From contig OX597815.1 in the NCBI GenBank assembly GCA_951406725.2, positions 16,492,001 through 16,556,000 on the forward strand: a stretch of DNA of 64,000 bases, read 5' to 3'. Origin of the DNA: Octopus vulgaris (lineage: Eukaryota). The notes beneath the pieces are model-generated. The model saw nothing but the letters and a program-made list of their open reading frames with translations, had not been told where the DNA came from and searched no databases. The translations under genes and the position numbers were made by a program. Below are positions 47,940 to 61,011 of this stretch, piece by piece (position 1 is the first letter of the stretch; every line of letters begins with the position of its first letter).

Positions 47940-50900
47940 ACAGTCTCTTCTAAACCTTTGGTGAGCTGACTGCACCCTATAAAACTGTAGCTTCACACCG
48001 AGTCGAGGTCGTTCGGTTCCAGACCAAAATGGCGAGAGTAAGATAACGTCACCAAGTGATATAAGGAACAAGACAAAAGAGAGAACAATCATATACAAAA
48101 CATATGATGTAGAGAAAAATTGATTCGAATTCCTTGAAGAAAGCACAGTCGAAAAGCGCCTCGGACCGGTGATGAGTGAAATCAAATACCTAGCCAGAGG
48201 CACAAAGTATGTCACAATTGAAGCAAGATTTGAGTCGATTGAAAAAGCAATGGAGTTCTCGAGTTGAGCCTTACAATTTGGCAATATCATGTTACTACCG
48301 TTATATCTGGGACGAAGAACGTCCCGGATAAAAATCAAGAACATATCCCGGAGGTGAAGGTGGCATGGATCGTTTCCACGCTCCTCTATAAAAGAGAGGA
48401 CAAAATAAACATCATACCGATATCCAGAGACGGCCCACTCAATTGGTGCGGTCAAACTCTGGAGATTCTGGCACAGGCTACGAGTATGGACCTGGAAGAA
48501 CTGCCAGAGACAATTCATGTATAGAAGCAATAGTGGCAGTACATTTAGAGAGAAGAAGGCCCAGGTGCTTCCACTGTGGGAAAAAGGGCACCTGAGGGCG
48601 AAATGCCCAACAAAAAAGGACAAGAAAGCAGTAGAGGAGGAGGAAGAGATGGCACATCCAGCTACAGAGACTGTGACAGAGACATCTACCAAGAGAAGCG
48701 ACCCCAAGGGGAAAAATAAAGAGGCGGCATTGCCGGTCAAGGAGGCCGTTACACAGCCAATGACCGCCTCTGACAGTAAAAAGGACTGTAACAATGGCCC
48801 CAAGACAAAATACAAAGAGGCGGCACTCTCGGCCAGAGAGGCCGTTACACAGAGAGTGACCACCCCAACAAGTAAAAACGACCCCAAGGGGAAAGAGGAA
48901 GAAACAATGCGCACGGACAAGGAGGCGACCGCCTGCACTAGTGGGGAATGCCTCGAAAAATCAGAGTCAGTTGAGACACCATCTACTGAAAATATGGATT
49001 TCCAGACGGTTCCACGAAAGAGAACTAAGAAAATGGTGTCGCCTACCAATACAAAGGAAGAGGTTCCAAAAAATAAAATCATTAAGAAACCAGACCTGAA
49101 GGGGAAAAGGAAAAAGAACCCATTTGCGGCAATCAAAATTGAGATTCCGGGGGTGGGGAGGCACGGTGACAGTTACATACAAAAGCAACAATACATATCT
49201 GGACGGGGTCATCAGACCCAACGACGATACGAATGTATATGTTAATGACTACAAAATAGGCCCAGTTACGGTGGGAAAAATCTCCAGAACACTATACAAT
49301 GATCTAAAAAAAAAAGGCACCCTAATGATATTGCTGCGTTAATATAACTACCTAAGGTATTCAACCCAGCAGTTGAACCTTTTTTGTACGAGAGAAAGGA
49401 GGGAGGGGAACTGGTCTCAAAAGTGTTGAGAATAATCCCCTCGAAAGATAAGTGAAGCTGGTAAGCTCGGATTTCCTTCCTTTTTCATAAATTGACATGG
49501 CTACGCTATGCATTGCTTGATTAAATGTCCGTGGCCTGGGTTCAAAGAGAAAACAGGCTTGCCTCCTTAACGACCTCAGGTCACACAAAATAGATATTAT
49601 GGTTGCTACAGAGACCAGGCTCGACAAGCGGCAGGCCTTCTCAACTCTCCTGAAAGGCTACGAGAAAATGATGTCTCCAAGCCAGGATTGGGGGAGCAGA
49701 GGTGTGGTAGTTTTGCTCCGGAAAATTTGGTCCTGCAGACACGTACGATCTTCGTGGACCCAGAGGCGAGTCGGTCGTTCTGGATCTAACATACAGTGGA
49801 AAGGCCTTCAGGCTGGCTGGCATCTACGCGCCTGGAACGGCAGGCAAACGGGATGAGTTCTATAGATGTCTGGAGAACTTCCTAGTGACATCAAAGACGT
49901 TAGTTTTGTTAGGTGATTTTAACGCTATTCTGGTTGCACGCCTGGATAGCGTAGGCTCGAATACTAGACGTACGATCTTCGTGGACCCAGAGGCGAGTCG
50001 GTCGTTCTGGATCTAACATACAGTGGAGAGGCCTTCAGGCTGGTTGGCATCTACGCGCCTGGAACGGCAGGCAAACGGGATGAGTTCTATAGATGTCTGG
50101 AGAACTTCCTGGTGACATCAAAGACGTTAGTTTTGTTAGGTGATTTTAACGCTATTCTGGTTGCACGCCTGGATAGCATAGGCTCGAATACTAGGAAGGT
50201 TAACTCACCCCTCGTCGATCTGCTGAAGCGATTTAGGCTGGCAGATCGATATATACTTGACAATCCGAACGTTCCAGTGTGGACTTGGTCTAACAACGAC
50301 GGATGGATCAGGTCTTATATAAATAGGGTTATAGTAAGTGCTAGAGATAAGTCTAGTTTAAGTTGTCCACAGTTCACCTACACGGATCAAAAATTAGGTT
50401 GCATATAGATAAGGTTCATAGACAGGGATCTGGCTATTGGAAGTTAAACAAGACCCTATTGGATTGCGAAGCATACCTCAGCCAGATTAAGGTATTAGCA
50501 AGGAGGGGCACTAACAAGCTCTGTGGTTAACAACCGGTGGTGGAGTGCCCTCAAAAGAGCCATTCGATTTGAGTCGATTAGATTTAGCAAACAGTTAAGT
50601 CTAGAGCAAACTAGAGTAGAAAGGGAATTAGTTAAGGCATTAGAAGAGGCATTGAGAATGGGCTCTGCGAGATCGGTACTGGACCGACACCTCAATGCCA
50701 AACACGAAGGATGCAGAGTTGGGACTAAGATACGTGCACTGGGTCGTGAGGGTATCAATGTTGCCGGATGGGCTCGCTCGGAAGAAACCCGTCGTGACGC
50801 GGAGGCTACGATAAGGTCTGTGGTAGACGAACACGGACAGGAGATCCAAGGACAAGAAGAGATATGCGAGGCCTTTCGCAAGCACTTTGCCGCGTTGTTC

Positions 50901-50945
50901 GGGAGGGGCGGGATGCTGAACAATTGCAAGAAAAACATGAATAGG
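47940..50945 (+). mobile_element. L1/Tx1-like LINE, 3'-truncated and decayed (ORF1 with zinc knuckle; ORF2 APE endonuclease)
   Basis: ORF1 ~48029-49342 has C-F-H-C..GH...C (CCHC, frameshifted). ORF2 from ATG 49497: LNVRGL..VATET..GIYAP..LLGDFNA..WTW..SYINR..GSGYWKLN. No RT domain is present. Confidence 0.88.
49741..50194. repeat. 227-bp near-perfect tandem duplication inside the LINE endonuclease
   Basis: ACGTACGATCTTCGTGGACCCAG...GGCTCGAATACTAG at 49741-49967 and 49968-50194. Confidence 0.92.
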
Positions 50946-51583
50946 TGGGGGTATTCCAGAAGTATTGATGTCCAAGAGAAAGAAAAAGGCTGGGAGAAAG
51001 GGACATATAATTTAGGACTGGCTGAAGACCAGTACATTGCAAAACTGGGTTAAGGTGTTGAATATATTGGTACCTTGTGGCCTTTTTCTGTATTTTTTTC
51101 TTGTAGTATATGTATAAGGCCACAAATCTAAGGGGAGGATAGGGATAAAGCAGTAATATACTGATAATCTTCAATAACCTTCTCTGCACAATGACTGATG
51201 TTTGTATGAACGGGTATATTGTTAGTTCACATGTTGGAGAACTAAAGCAATTTTATTAAAGTAGCCTCTAGTCTTATCCATATTATTCTAAGGGCAAAGT
51301 CTAAATCAAACTAACGTACAGTACACACAACACCAAGAAGATATGAACAAACAAAAAGTGCCAAAATAAGACAGAGAAAATACTTAGAAAAATATATTCC
51401 CTAGTATCTATAAACGAAGAGAGGAAGGCATTTTACGGATAAGATAACAAAACAACTGATTTCTAGTGTTGTACTTGAGAACTAAATAGGTCACTCGGTG
51501 AAAATATATTTAGTAACGGGAAAATCTACTAAAAACTTTTTGAAGGGTGTATCGAGCAATTTTATACAATGATATATAACATA

Positions 51584-52096
51584 TCTATATATATAAAACT
51601 AGTTGTGTGAGTGTCTGTCCCCTTCGATTTAGATTCCTAACTCCTCCCACATTTTGCGGTGCAGTTTAGCCAAATTCGGGTATCTTATAGTCGTGATTCA
51701 TATCGAGCCCGTCTGAGTATTAGCGCGCGTCTACGATGAGTCTACGATTTTAAAAATAATTTAACATCATTTTTTTATTCCATTTTAATGCATAATTTTT
51801 CGTGTGTCGATGGCGGCGGAGTTGGCGTCCACGCTCACAGCTGCACCTGTTTGCTTCTCCCCCTTCTTCCCCCCCCTCGTGAAGCTGTGGGGAAGGGAGT
51901 GTAAGGAAATCAACGTCGTAAAGCGTTGTCAAGGAGACCAGCGTTCTTTTAGAACAACGACTTCATGGCTTGAAGACACCAAAACAGAAATGGCTAAGAA
52001 AGCCCGAATTGGCATCTATAAGGGAAGTAACTCTCTAAAAATGCTTATATAGTTATTTCCCTTACAAACCCGAGCAACACCGGGCGATACTGCTAG
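51584..52096 (+). mobile_element. Non-autonomous Helitron
   Basis: A|TCTATATATATAAA ... CCCG-AGCAACAC-CGGG hairpin ... CTGCTAG|T; inserted between A and T with no TSD. Confidence 0.88.
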
Positions 52097-52479
52097 TATA
52101 TGTTATAATAATTACATTGTGATGTTAACAGTGTTAATGTAGGGAGAATCAAAATGCGGAGAAAAGTAAAAAGCAATATTAGTTGGCAAATATTTTGCAG
52201 GTCTCTAAATTTCCTTTATTTTTACTCACCGTGAAACATTTTCTAGTTATTGCGCTTTTTTTTTTTCATGCTTACTGTATTAAATTTGCTGACACTAACG
52301 TAACTATTATTATTTTGATGCTATTCATGTGGATGGCGTCTATAAGTAGTTCATTCTCTAAGATACGGTTGGTGTCTAAGTGTTACATGTTGTGCACTCG
52401 CACACGTGCCTGCACAGGGAGGAATGGTACAGGCCATCTGAATATTGGAAAGGAGTTACCTGTATAACAATGATTAACT

Positions 52480-52730
52480 AGCATGACTAAGTATTTGCCA
52501 ATTAAATTTATATAATTTAATATAATCCTTTAACTTCCATATAAATTTGCCTCAAGTGGTGCTACACAACTTATTTCTGTTTCTAAAAGTATATTCATGG
52601 TTTGCAATACATCGTTTAATAACATTTTCAGTTGATCCAATATAAAAATTCCTTCAGATTCTACCATACATCTGTATATAAGGTTATTTAGGATACAAAA
52701 CTTATTGAAATAACATTTATCCTTAAACCT
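52480..52730 (-). mobile_element. Penelope-like GIY-YIG relic (not in the ORF track)
   Basis: The minus strand gives C..NKFC..NLIYRCMV, then (frameshift) FYIGSTENVIKRCIANHEYTFRN...ST..KFIWKLK; same type as 24275-24919. Confidence 0.75.
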
Positions 52731-52818
52731 ACAATCTAGCTACACGATTTCGATTAGGTCCATTATTAGTGTTAGTAATAAAAGTATCAATATTATTCAT
52801 ATTACTATAGAATCAAAT

Positions 52819-53075
52819 GGAGGCGCGTGGCTTAGTGGTTAGGGTGTCAGCATCATGATCGTAAGATTGTGGTTTCGATTTCTGGACCGGGCGACGCGTT
52901 GAGTTCTTGAGCAAAACACTTCATTTCACGTTGCTCCAGTCCACTCAGCTGGCAAAAATGAGTAACGTTGCGATGGACTGGACAGGACGTCCAGCTGGGG
53001 AACACACACGCCATTGAAACCGGGAAATCGGGCCCATGAACCTGGCTAGGCTTTAAAAAAGGGCGCATTTATTAT
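52819..53075 (+). mobile_element. tRNA-derived SINE (family D), V-domain-like core
   Basis: A-box TGGCTTAGTGGTTAGG, B-box-like GTTTCGATTTC, core GCGATGGACTGG..CGTCCAG, A/T-rich tail. The domain name is from recall. Confidence 0.75.
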
Positions 53076-53264
53076 TTTTATAAAAAAAATATCTAATTTA
53101 TTGTTATTAATTGAAGAGATGATTCTGAAAACCCAATTCTAACCATTTTATCATTAATTATTTTATTATACTTATTTTCCTTATTAAAATATTTAGATAT
53201 AAATCTGCAAAAAGATTTAACCAAATTAATTTTTATTTGTCTTGCAAAAGGAATAACGAACCAA

Positions 53265-53295
<31 letters not shown>

Positions 53296-54109
53296 TGTAT
53301 GTATGTATGTATGTATGTATGTATGTGTGTGTGTGTGTGTGCGTGCGTGCGTGTGTGTATGTGTGTGTGTGTAATTTTAATAAGTGCAACGAAAAAAGTT
53401 GTCCCGTTTGAGGACAACAAAAAAAAGAAAAGAAAGTTTTTCTTCAATAAGTGACGTTTTGACAGAGAACAAGTTAAATTCAATTCATAATGTGAGTATG
53501 TCTCTAATATCTTAAACTGCCTTATCGAGAGATTAAGCAAGTGAGAGACAGAGAGTGTCTGTGATCACATTTTCAAAGCTAGACGATCAAATCGGAATAA
53601 CAGAGATAATAGGAGAGACCAATGTGAGTGAAATACGAATGTCATCGCCCTAATTTTTTAGTTTCATGCTAGTAATCTGGCCAAGATAGCTAATGTTCCA
53701 GAAATTCAATTCTGATGAGTCTAGCTGTGAAAGCAGTCAGCTGAGAGTCGATTAAAGACTGACAACCGGTTGACCGCGTCCCTTTCTGCACTGTATTTTC
53801 TGACTTTATGAAGGAGCTTATACCAAGGTTAGCTAATTCTTAATCAACGACTTTCCTTGTGATTAAAGAGACCTGGTTTCGAATTTAAACAGAGACCTGC
53901 TACCAAATATGCACATGCGTGCCCCAATGTGTGTGTGTGTATGCGTGTAATGTAATTCAAACAGCTGTGGTTTAAGTACATTCACAAGCACAGCGTACGA
54001 TGTAAAGAGCAGACAGTATCTGGTATGTCTGGACAATTGAACAGAATAACCGTTATATTGTACCCTCTCTCTCTTTCGATGAGGCACAAGCAGCTACACG
54101 CACATATAC

Positions 54110-54456
54110 ACACACGGCTGTAGCTTCCGCCTACCGAATTCAATCACAAAGCTTCAGTCGGCTCGGGGCTATAGCGGAAGACACCTACCCAAAGTGCCAC
54201 GCGGTGGGACTGAACCAGAAACCATGTAGTTAGGAAGCAAGCTCCCTAACCACACAGCCATGCCCGCGCTTTCGTTAGGAAGGGCATTTTCGTTATGAAG
54301 GGCATCCCGTTAGGAAGGGCATCCATCTGTAGAAACTCTGCCAGATCTACATTGGAGCCTGGTGCAGCCATCTGCTTTGCCAGCCCTCAGTCAAACCGTC
54401 CAACCCATGCTAGCATGAAAAGCGGACGTTAAACGATGATGATGATGATGATGATG
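54110..54456. mobile_element. SINE family A 5' part (-, ~54110-54265) next to an RTE tail (+, ~54275-54456)
   Basis: Matches to 14768-14930 (reverse) and to the RTE tail, which starts with a triplicated GTTAGGAAGGGCAT-like unit. Confidence 0.75.
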
Positions 54457-54481
54457 TACCCTTTTAACGCATACACATATA

Positions 54482-54760
54482 CAGGGTGTTCCAGAAGTCT
54501 TGGGAACATTTTGACATTGAAAATCTCGAAAACTAGTAAGGACATAAAAAATGCATCTGATATATTCTGAAAGCCTGCAATTTCAAGTTTTTGTATGGAA
54601 AGTTCAAAGACGTTCAATGTGAACACCGTTGGTCACACAGCACACATCAAGACGATAGCCCAATTCTTGCCAAACGTGTTCCAGTATTGCGTTGTCGATG
54701 GTTGCAACAGCTTTCGTTATTCGGGCCTTCAGTTCATCCACGTCTTTTGGAAGGGGTGGC
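54482..54760 (-). mobile_element. Tc1/mariner-superfamily transposon right end with transposase C-terminus
   Basis: TA|CAGGGTGTT TIR; the minus strand reads PLPKDVDELKARITKAVATIDNAILEHVWQELGYRLDVCCVTNGVHIERL*. Confidence 0.75.
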
Positions 54761-55259
54761 TCGTAATTTGCATCATAACTTTATTTTGTCAGTTTAATTT
54801 ATTACGTACAGCTTTTAAAGTTGACAATGGAAGCCCTAATGACCCCACATCTTATTCTCTGTTTAAAATCTTTACTTATCTAATAATATTGTTATCTAAT
54901 AATATTGCTTTATGCTTATGTGACATGATAAGCTAACAGGATTGCAGAATTAATTTTTGTAATTTATTATCAAAAGTAGGCTCTAACAAGTGATACGTTG
55001 TAGCACGAGCAAAAACTCCTGATTACTTACTTTCCTATGCTTTTATAAAGCTATGGAACAACTCCTCATGGGGACTTTGCCTGTTGAATTGCGATACTAG
55101 ACTTCGTTATATAACAAGGTTTTACACTGAGGTAGCATAAAACGATGTGTGTGTGTGTGCATGCAAACGTGGTCATGTGTGTGTGTTCGTGCGTGCATGC
55201 TTGTGTACGATGGAGTATATTGGTGCTGATTATGAATGTCAACGATATGACCGAAACAA

Positions 55260-55665
55260 AATACTTCAGCAGAGTGGTACGCATACTAAATTCACATACG
55301 AGTTAGTCTCACATATATAATATAGTGAGATGAAAAGCTTCGATTAACTGAGATTATCCATACAAGTAGCAAACAAAAAATCTTCAAGGTTTAAAATCTA
55401 AAAACAACAGACGAGGGAGATAACTCCTTAGAACCAGTTAAAAACTAAAAGACTAAATCCACTCCTATTCTGCATTTTCTATATTTTCCAAAGATTTCAA
55501 TCAATTTTATTGGAGTTATCTTTCTTGCTTATTTCTAGAGTTTAAACACCCCTGTGCGAGAGTAGAGTTTCCATCCCAGTTAATCGAAGATTTTCAACTC
55601 ACTATATTACATATGCTAGGCCTAACTATAGTTGCATTTAGTAGAGTGCTCTCCTGAGGTATTTC
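55260..55665. repeat. Old imperfect inverted repeat (MITE-like)
   Basis: TAATATAGTGAGATGAAAAGCTTCGATTAACTG vs CAGTTAATCGAAGATTTTCAACTCACTATATTA. Confidence 0.65.
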
Positions 55666-56209
55666 ACTCTCTGTATTATTTAATAACAGTTTGACTTGAC
55701 TCCGTACACCTTAAAGTTTCGTAGACTTATAGAACAAACCTGGCTCGTCAGGCAGTTAGAGGTAAAGTAACAGAAAATGAGACAAATTCAAGGTAGTTTA
55801 TTCATGTTGGACTTCTAATAATCAACTCAGATCAAGTGATGTTATTGGTTTCAAAGCGACATCAGTTCTTATCTTTGTTCTTACGTCAATGTGGTTGAAC
55901 AGGGTGTTGGTAGGTAGCTGTCATCACCAAGCCTGGAAGCTGAAGTATTTGTTTATTTAGCAAAGATCTATTCGTTGTATTTGCTGCTACACGTGGCAGG
56001 ACAGGAAGTTGTTGTAGGTTAGTGGAGGACTACTAACACTAACAGCCTCTCCTTGGGAGTAACCAGATATGGTGTTGCTAAGTTGTTCTGTTAGTATGGC
56101 TGTAGTCTATACAGACGGCAGAAGTTAAGTGATGTGCTTCCTCTTCAGTATGGAGCAGGCAAGCCTAAGGTGGTATATCTGGATTGTCAGGGGCCTGTGG
56201 TTTGAAGTT

Positions 56210-56990
56210 CATTATCTTTCATGACAACAAGATAGTCCCTTCTTCACGTTGAAGAATACTGCAGGTTGGTGGAGTATGTATAATCTCTCAAGGGGGCAGA
56301 GCTGGCAAGAACAAATTCGACATGAGTATGGAGTGGTCCTGTGAATGATACTCCATCCGATGTTGGGGGAGTTGTTCCGGTGGTCATGGAGTTTTCGGAT
56401 AAAATAGGACAGGGAGGTGGACTTCATCCTATCCTTGCATCCAAAAGAGTGCAGATGATATGTATACCTTCCCTTGAAGGTAATGAATGCCGTGCCCATG
56501 TATTTTTGTGTGAGGGTGACTCCAGAGACCACAGCTCTTGAGAGGCAGGAGCTTCCCACTGGACAGTTGGCAAAATTTCGAAAGATGCAGGTTGAAGTTT
56601 GTATTAGAGGCTGTGTAGTTGTGTGTTTGTGTTTATTGTAGTGTATGATGTTAGAAGTGATGTTTCTAAGCAGAAGTAACTAACCTTGACGTTTGTAGGT
56701 GTTGAAAAGTTTATAATGCTTATAGGTTTACATTTACTACAAGACTGCAAGACCACATGCATCTTTGACAACAAATCAGGCAATCTGCAAATTGAGCAGG
56801 TCAGTGGTCTTCTATCTGATGTCCTCCAATTTCCACGTGTTCTATTCAATAAAGGACGATCTTCAACGATCTGATGACACACATGAAGTGAAGGTGACAG
56901 GGAAGAAGTAGGTACAACAGTGTACATCTGAATTTTTCGAAAAGGATTCAAAAGTTGGGATCAAAGATGCTTGTGAGGGAGACTTGAGTA
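56210..56990 (-). mobile_element. Penelope-like GIY-YIG relic
   Basis: KYMGTAFITFKGRYTYHLHSF..STSLSYFIRKL..IGWSII..CQLCPLERLYI; upstream NVKVSY. Confidence 0.8.
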
Positions 56991-57279
56991 GTACCTCTCA
57001 TGGAGAAAGAGTTACTATACCAACATGTGCAATTTAAATGCCTGCGTCAGTTAATTTTCTTTTTTTAATCTACTTTTTCATTACTTTTGATACAACCCTT
57101 GTGTGTGTGTTTGTGTGAGCGTGCATGTGTGTGTATTTGGTGGTACAAATTGTATAAATAGAACCAAAACATGTGTGTGTTTGATAGTACAAACAGTATA
57201 AATAGAACCAAAAACGTGTGTGTGCAATTTTCAATCAACAGGGATTACAAAGTGACCTAAGGGCCTATTTGTGCATTGT

Positions 57280-58000
57280 AATTTATCCTTGCCCATCAGA
57301 GCTAAAAATGATCTACATGTTAGGATAAGCAGTAAATGCAACAAAGCAGGAGACAGAGTGACCAACACCACACATTTCCAAAAACTCCTGAGGAAGAATG
57401 GCTTTTCATACTCTTTCACAAAACCTACAAATACGAAGATGACATGTCGTTTGAAACTGCTACACTTTAGCGAAAAAGCAAGTGTTGCAATCAGTAGAGG
57501 GATTGAATATATGACGAGTACACTCTGAACTCTCCCCCAGGAGGGTCTTAACTAAAACTAGGCCAAGACAAAACAATGACATGTGTACATTTCTCATTCC
57601 AATCAATAATGAAAATATATGTCTGTAGTCCTGCATGGTGTATAGAATCACATGTAGCAAATGTAATGACTTCTATATTGGAAGTGCCATTAGACATATG
57701 GATTAAAGAAAACCTCTATGCTTAATGCTTCTGTCAAGAAACACACTCAAAAAATCCAGGTTACCATTGAAGCTACAGAATGAAACAGTGGGAACTTGAG
57801 AATAAAAGAAGCTATCTTAATTAGCAAAACCAACCTATATGTTAATAACAGAACCAAACTGCACACAGCTGAGTGGCAACTATAGCAACGCAAAACAATC
57901 CTTCATACACATACACACTACAGAACAGAGAATTCCTCCCACAACATCATTTCTCCAAAGATTTCCTGAAGAAGGAATCCTAACCAGGAAATATTGAAAT
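57280..58000 (+). mobile_element. Penelope-like relic (thumb/GIY-YIG) ending in a degenerate hammerhead motif
   Basis: LLRKNGFS..CMVYRITCSKCNDFYIGSAIRH..LRIKEAILI; ATTTC-CTGAAGA...GAAATATT-GAAAT at 57961-58000. Confidence 0.75.
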
Positions 58001-58071
58001 ACAAGATAAATGTACAAATCAGTGACTTGTATTATTTCTTATAACTTGCAAGGTTTTGGTTTTATAAAAAA

Positions 58072-58450
58072 CTAGCAGTATCACCCGGTGTCGCTCGGGT
58101 TTGTTTTGAGCCTTTAGAATTGGAATTTTTGAAAAGTAAAAATTTTGCATTATGTAGCTTTAAGTGAACATTTTTCTGGTTGAAATACACCAAAAAATGG
58201 CGACACAGCAGTCAAAAAATCGTAAAAAATAGGAATTTTCATACAAAAAAAGTACCTTTTTGATGTAAATAATTTTTGGTCTTAACATGGTCCAATTTGA
58301 ATTTTATCTTCTACGGAATGAAGAGTAAGCCTTCTTCTATCATACTCTCAATTTTGGTCAACTTGTGCCGCAGGGTCTCGGAGGAGATAGTGTTAGTTGA
58401 AGGCTACCAAACCTGGCACACACAGACAACTTCAGCTTTATATATATAGA
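58072..58450 (-). mobile_element. Non-autonomous Helitron
   Basis: Minus strand A|TCTATATATATAAAGCTG ... CCCGAGCGACACCGGG hairpin ... CTGCTAG|T. Confidence 0.88.
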
Positions 58451-59459
58451 TTAATTAAAAACACTTATATATAACACACACACACATACATAGTTTCAGT
58501 TTTCAAATATCATTTCAATGGGTGGGGAGGGAAGAGGCAATGTAACATGTTAAAACATGAAGCAGCATTCTAAAAAGTTAATAAATATGCTGATTCAAAA
58601 AACTCTCGGAATTGCTACAAATGTCTTATGTAAAGTGTAAAGTAAAATGGACCTTTGGCAGTTTCAGCAATGAGTATGCAATTTTTGAAATATCATGTAT
58701 GTTAAGGGTAGAGGCACCTGAACCCAAAGTACAGTTCTCAGAGTCAATGTGATAAGGATGGACATTTTAAATTACAAGTACAATCCATCACACAGGCATC
58801 CAGACAGCTTTTGTCTCCTCAGTTTCACTCATAAAGTCTTGGCTCAATCAGCAGACTTGGTAAACGATGAAGATACACAAATGGATCAAATCAAAAACCT
58901 TGTTATAGCAGAGTGAAATTCATTACCATTTGATTAGTCTACATGCATAAAAGTGCATAGTATGGTACAGTTGCATTGTAAAGACTTGGTTTCTCATTAA
59001 CAAAAGGAAATACTTCAATCCTAATCAGGTGAACCATTACAAAGCTCATATAAGACCAGCGTTTAAGAGCTGCTTAGATATGTAGGGTGGAGCAGGTAAT
59101 ACATACTATCATCCTAGACTCCATCCAAAAGAACATAATTCAACTCACTGATTGGCAAAGCTTCTCTCATCCATGCACTGTCTCTTCTCCCTATCTCTTC
59201 CATAGCTACAACTATGGCCTCTACCCTTTTAAACTAGGCTCACTTATTCTATCTACTATTTCTTCTCCCAAACACTGCACTACACTCTCCTGAATGCCAA
59301 ACCTGTAGAATACTTCTAGACTCAGAGTAATAGGAGATGTTATGTTCTCTAAGTTTAGAAGTAAATATTTCTAGTTCTAATCCAGTTCGGTACTTTGTAC
59401 ACATCCAGAAATACGGCAGCTCATAAGGGTCAAAAATGAAGTCAATCAGAATGTAGTAA

Positions 59460-59675
59460 TACTCTTTTACATGTTTCAGTCATTTGACTGTGGCCATGCT
59501 GGAGCACCACCTTTAGTCAAGGAAATCGATCGCAGGACTTATTCTTTGTAAGCCTAGTACTTATTCTATCAGTCTCTTTTGCCGAACCGCTAAGTTACAG
59601 GGACGTAAACACACCAGCATCGGTTGTCAAGCGATGTTGGGGGGGACAAACACAGATACACAAACATATACATGC

Positions 59676-59724
<49 letters not shown>

Positions 59725-59880
59725 TACAAGCTTTTTTCAGTTTCTGTCTACCAAATCCACTCACAAGGCTTTGGTCGGCCCGAGGCTATAGAAGAAGACA
59801 CTTGCCCAAGGTGCCACACAGTGGGACTGAACCCGGAGCCATGTGGTTGGTAAGCAAGCTACTTACCACACAGCCATTCC
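59460..59880 (-). mobile_element. tRNA-derived SINE (family A), full length
   Basis: Reverse complement of 14768-15228. Confidence 0.88.
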
Positions 59881-60384
59881 TACGCCTATATTATATTAGT
59901 AAATATTTCTAAATAGCTCACCTATAAAAATGAGGTCAGCGGTGAGAAAAATTATAATCTCGTATTTCTTCTATTGTTGTCAGGTAGGAAACTTGCAAGA
60001 AAGAAATATTGAATTGACTTCCTCATATGACGAGAACTTATACTAAAAAAAAATTGTATAGCAAAGTCTAGGCAGTCTTGGTGAGTTATACTAAATTATG
60101 ATACTCCATCCATAAGTATGATACTAATTTATGTTTCTTTTTCATCTAGGAAATAAGCTTCTCAGCACAAAACTTTAGTTCCCTAGTAGTACCTTTAATA
60201 CATTGGTATCAGTGGACATTCTCTGCCTGGATCAAAGCAAGCCAACAGTAGATTTATTAGAATCATTTCCAGAAACAGTGATTTTCATATAAGTACAAGT
60301 CCTTACATGTGGTGGAGAGTGCTGATGGCGGCAGTTAATCTTGAAATAGAGCCAAGTCAGCTTCAGCAGATTTTGAACTTGGAA

Positions 60385-60960
60385 TATAAAGATGGATGAA
60401 AAGCCACTACTATGTTCAAGGACTGCTCCTGGGCCTTGTTAAAGCTCATTGCAAAGCTCAGTTTCAACAGGAATTGCAGGTGCTTGTACTGGAAAGGCAT
60501 ATCTGAAGGAATAAGTGGAAATCTAGGAATGAATACAGGCTCACTGCTTGCTTTACCAGTCAAAATTGTTGTCTCCTAGACTATTGACATCACCATCTGT
60601 ATTATAAGTTGTGTGCCATTGCAAAGCTTTGGTGCATCGAGGTTTCGAAGAGGCATAACCGGTGCCCCAAACTTGAGGTGCAAGTTGTGAGGTGGGAGGC
60701 CAGGTGGTGTTAGACTATTCAAGAATTCAACTGGATAATTCAACGTTGAGTACAGTGTCAATGGAATTATACATGTGACGCTCACCTAGCAACTGTTCCA
60801 GAAGTTTAAAGTTCAAATCATCAACTGCCACATTTTTTAGAGCTAAAATGGCATGGGTTTTCAGCCAGTTGTGGTCTGTAAACTGATTCCTCCGGTTAGA
60901 AAACACCTTATTCATTAGTTCCTTTAAATCAGATACCATATGTCCAAAATTGATCAAGGA
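60385..60960 (-). mobile_element. Helitron Pif1-type helicase C-terminal relic
   Basis: [83 protein letters not shown]; frameshifted. Confidence 0.9.
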
Positions 60961-61011
60961 TATCCCCCATTGAATCCAACCAGATGGTGAGTCAAGATGT
61001 GATAAGTCTGT

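Noticed and set aside
52230-52437. Exon-like segment on the minus strand (TTCAG acceptor, GTGAGT donor)
   Set aside because: Stops in all three frames and no recognisable homology; cannot be supported without RNA data.
53705-53775. Hammerhead-like CTGATGA-GTCT...AGAC
   Set aside because: The GAAA box is replaced by TGACAA and stem I is not convincing; at most a badly decayed relic.
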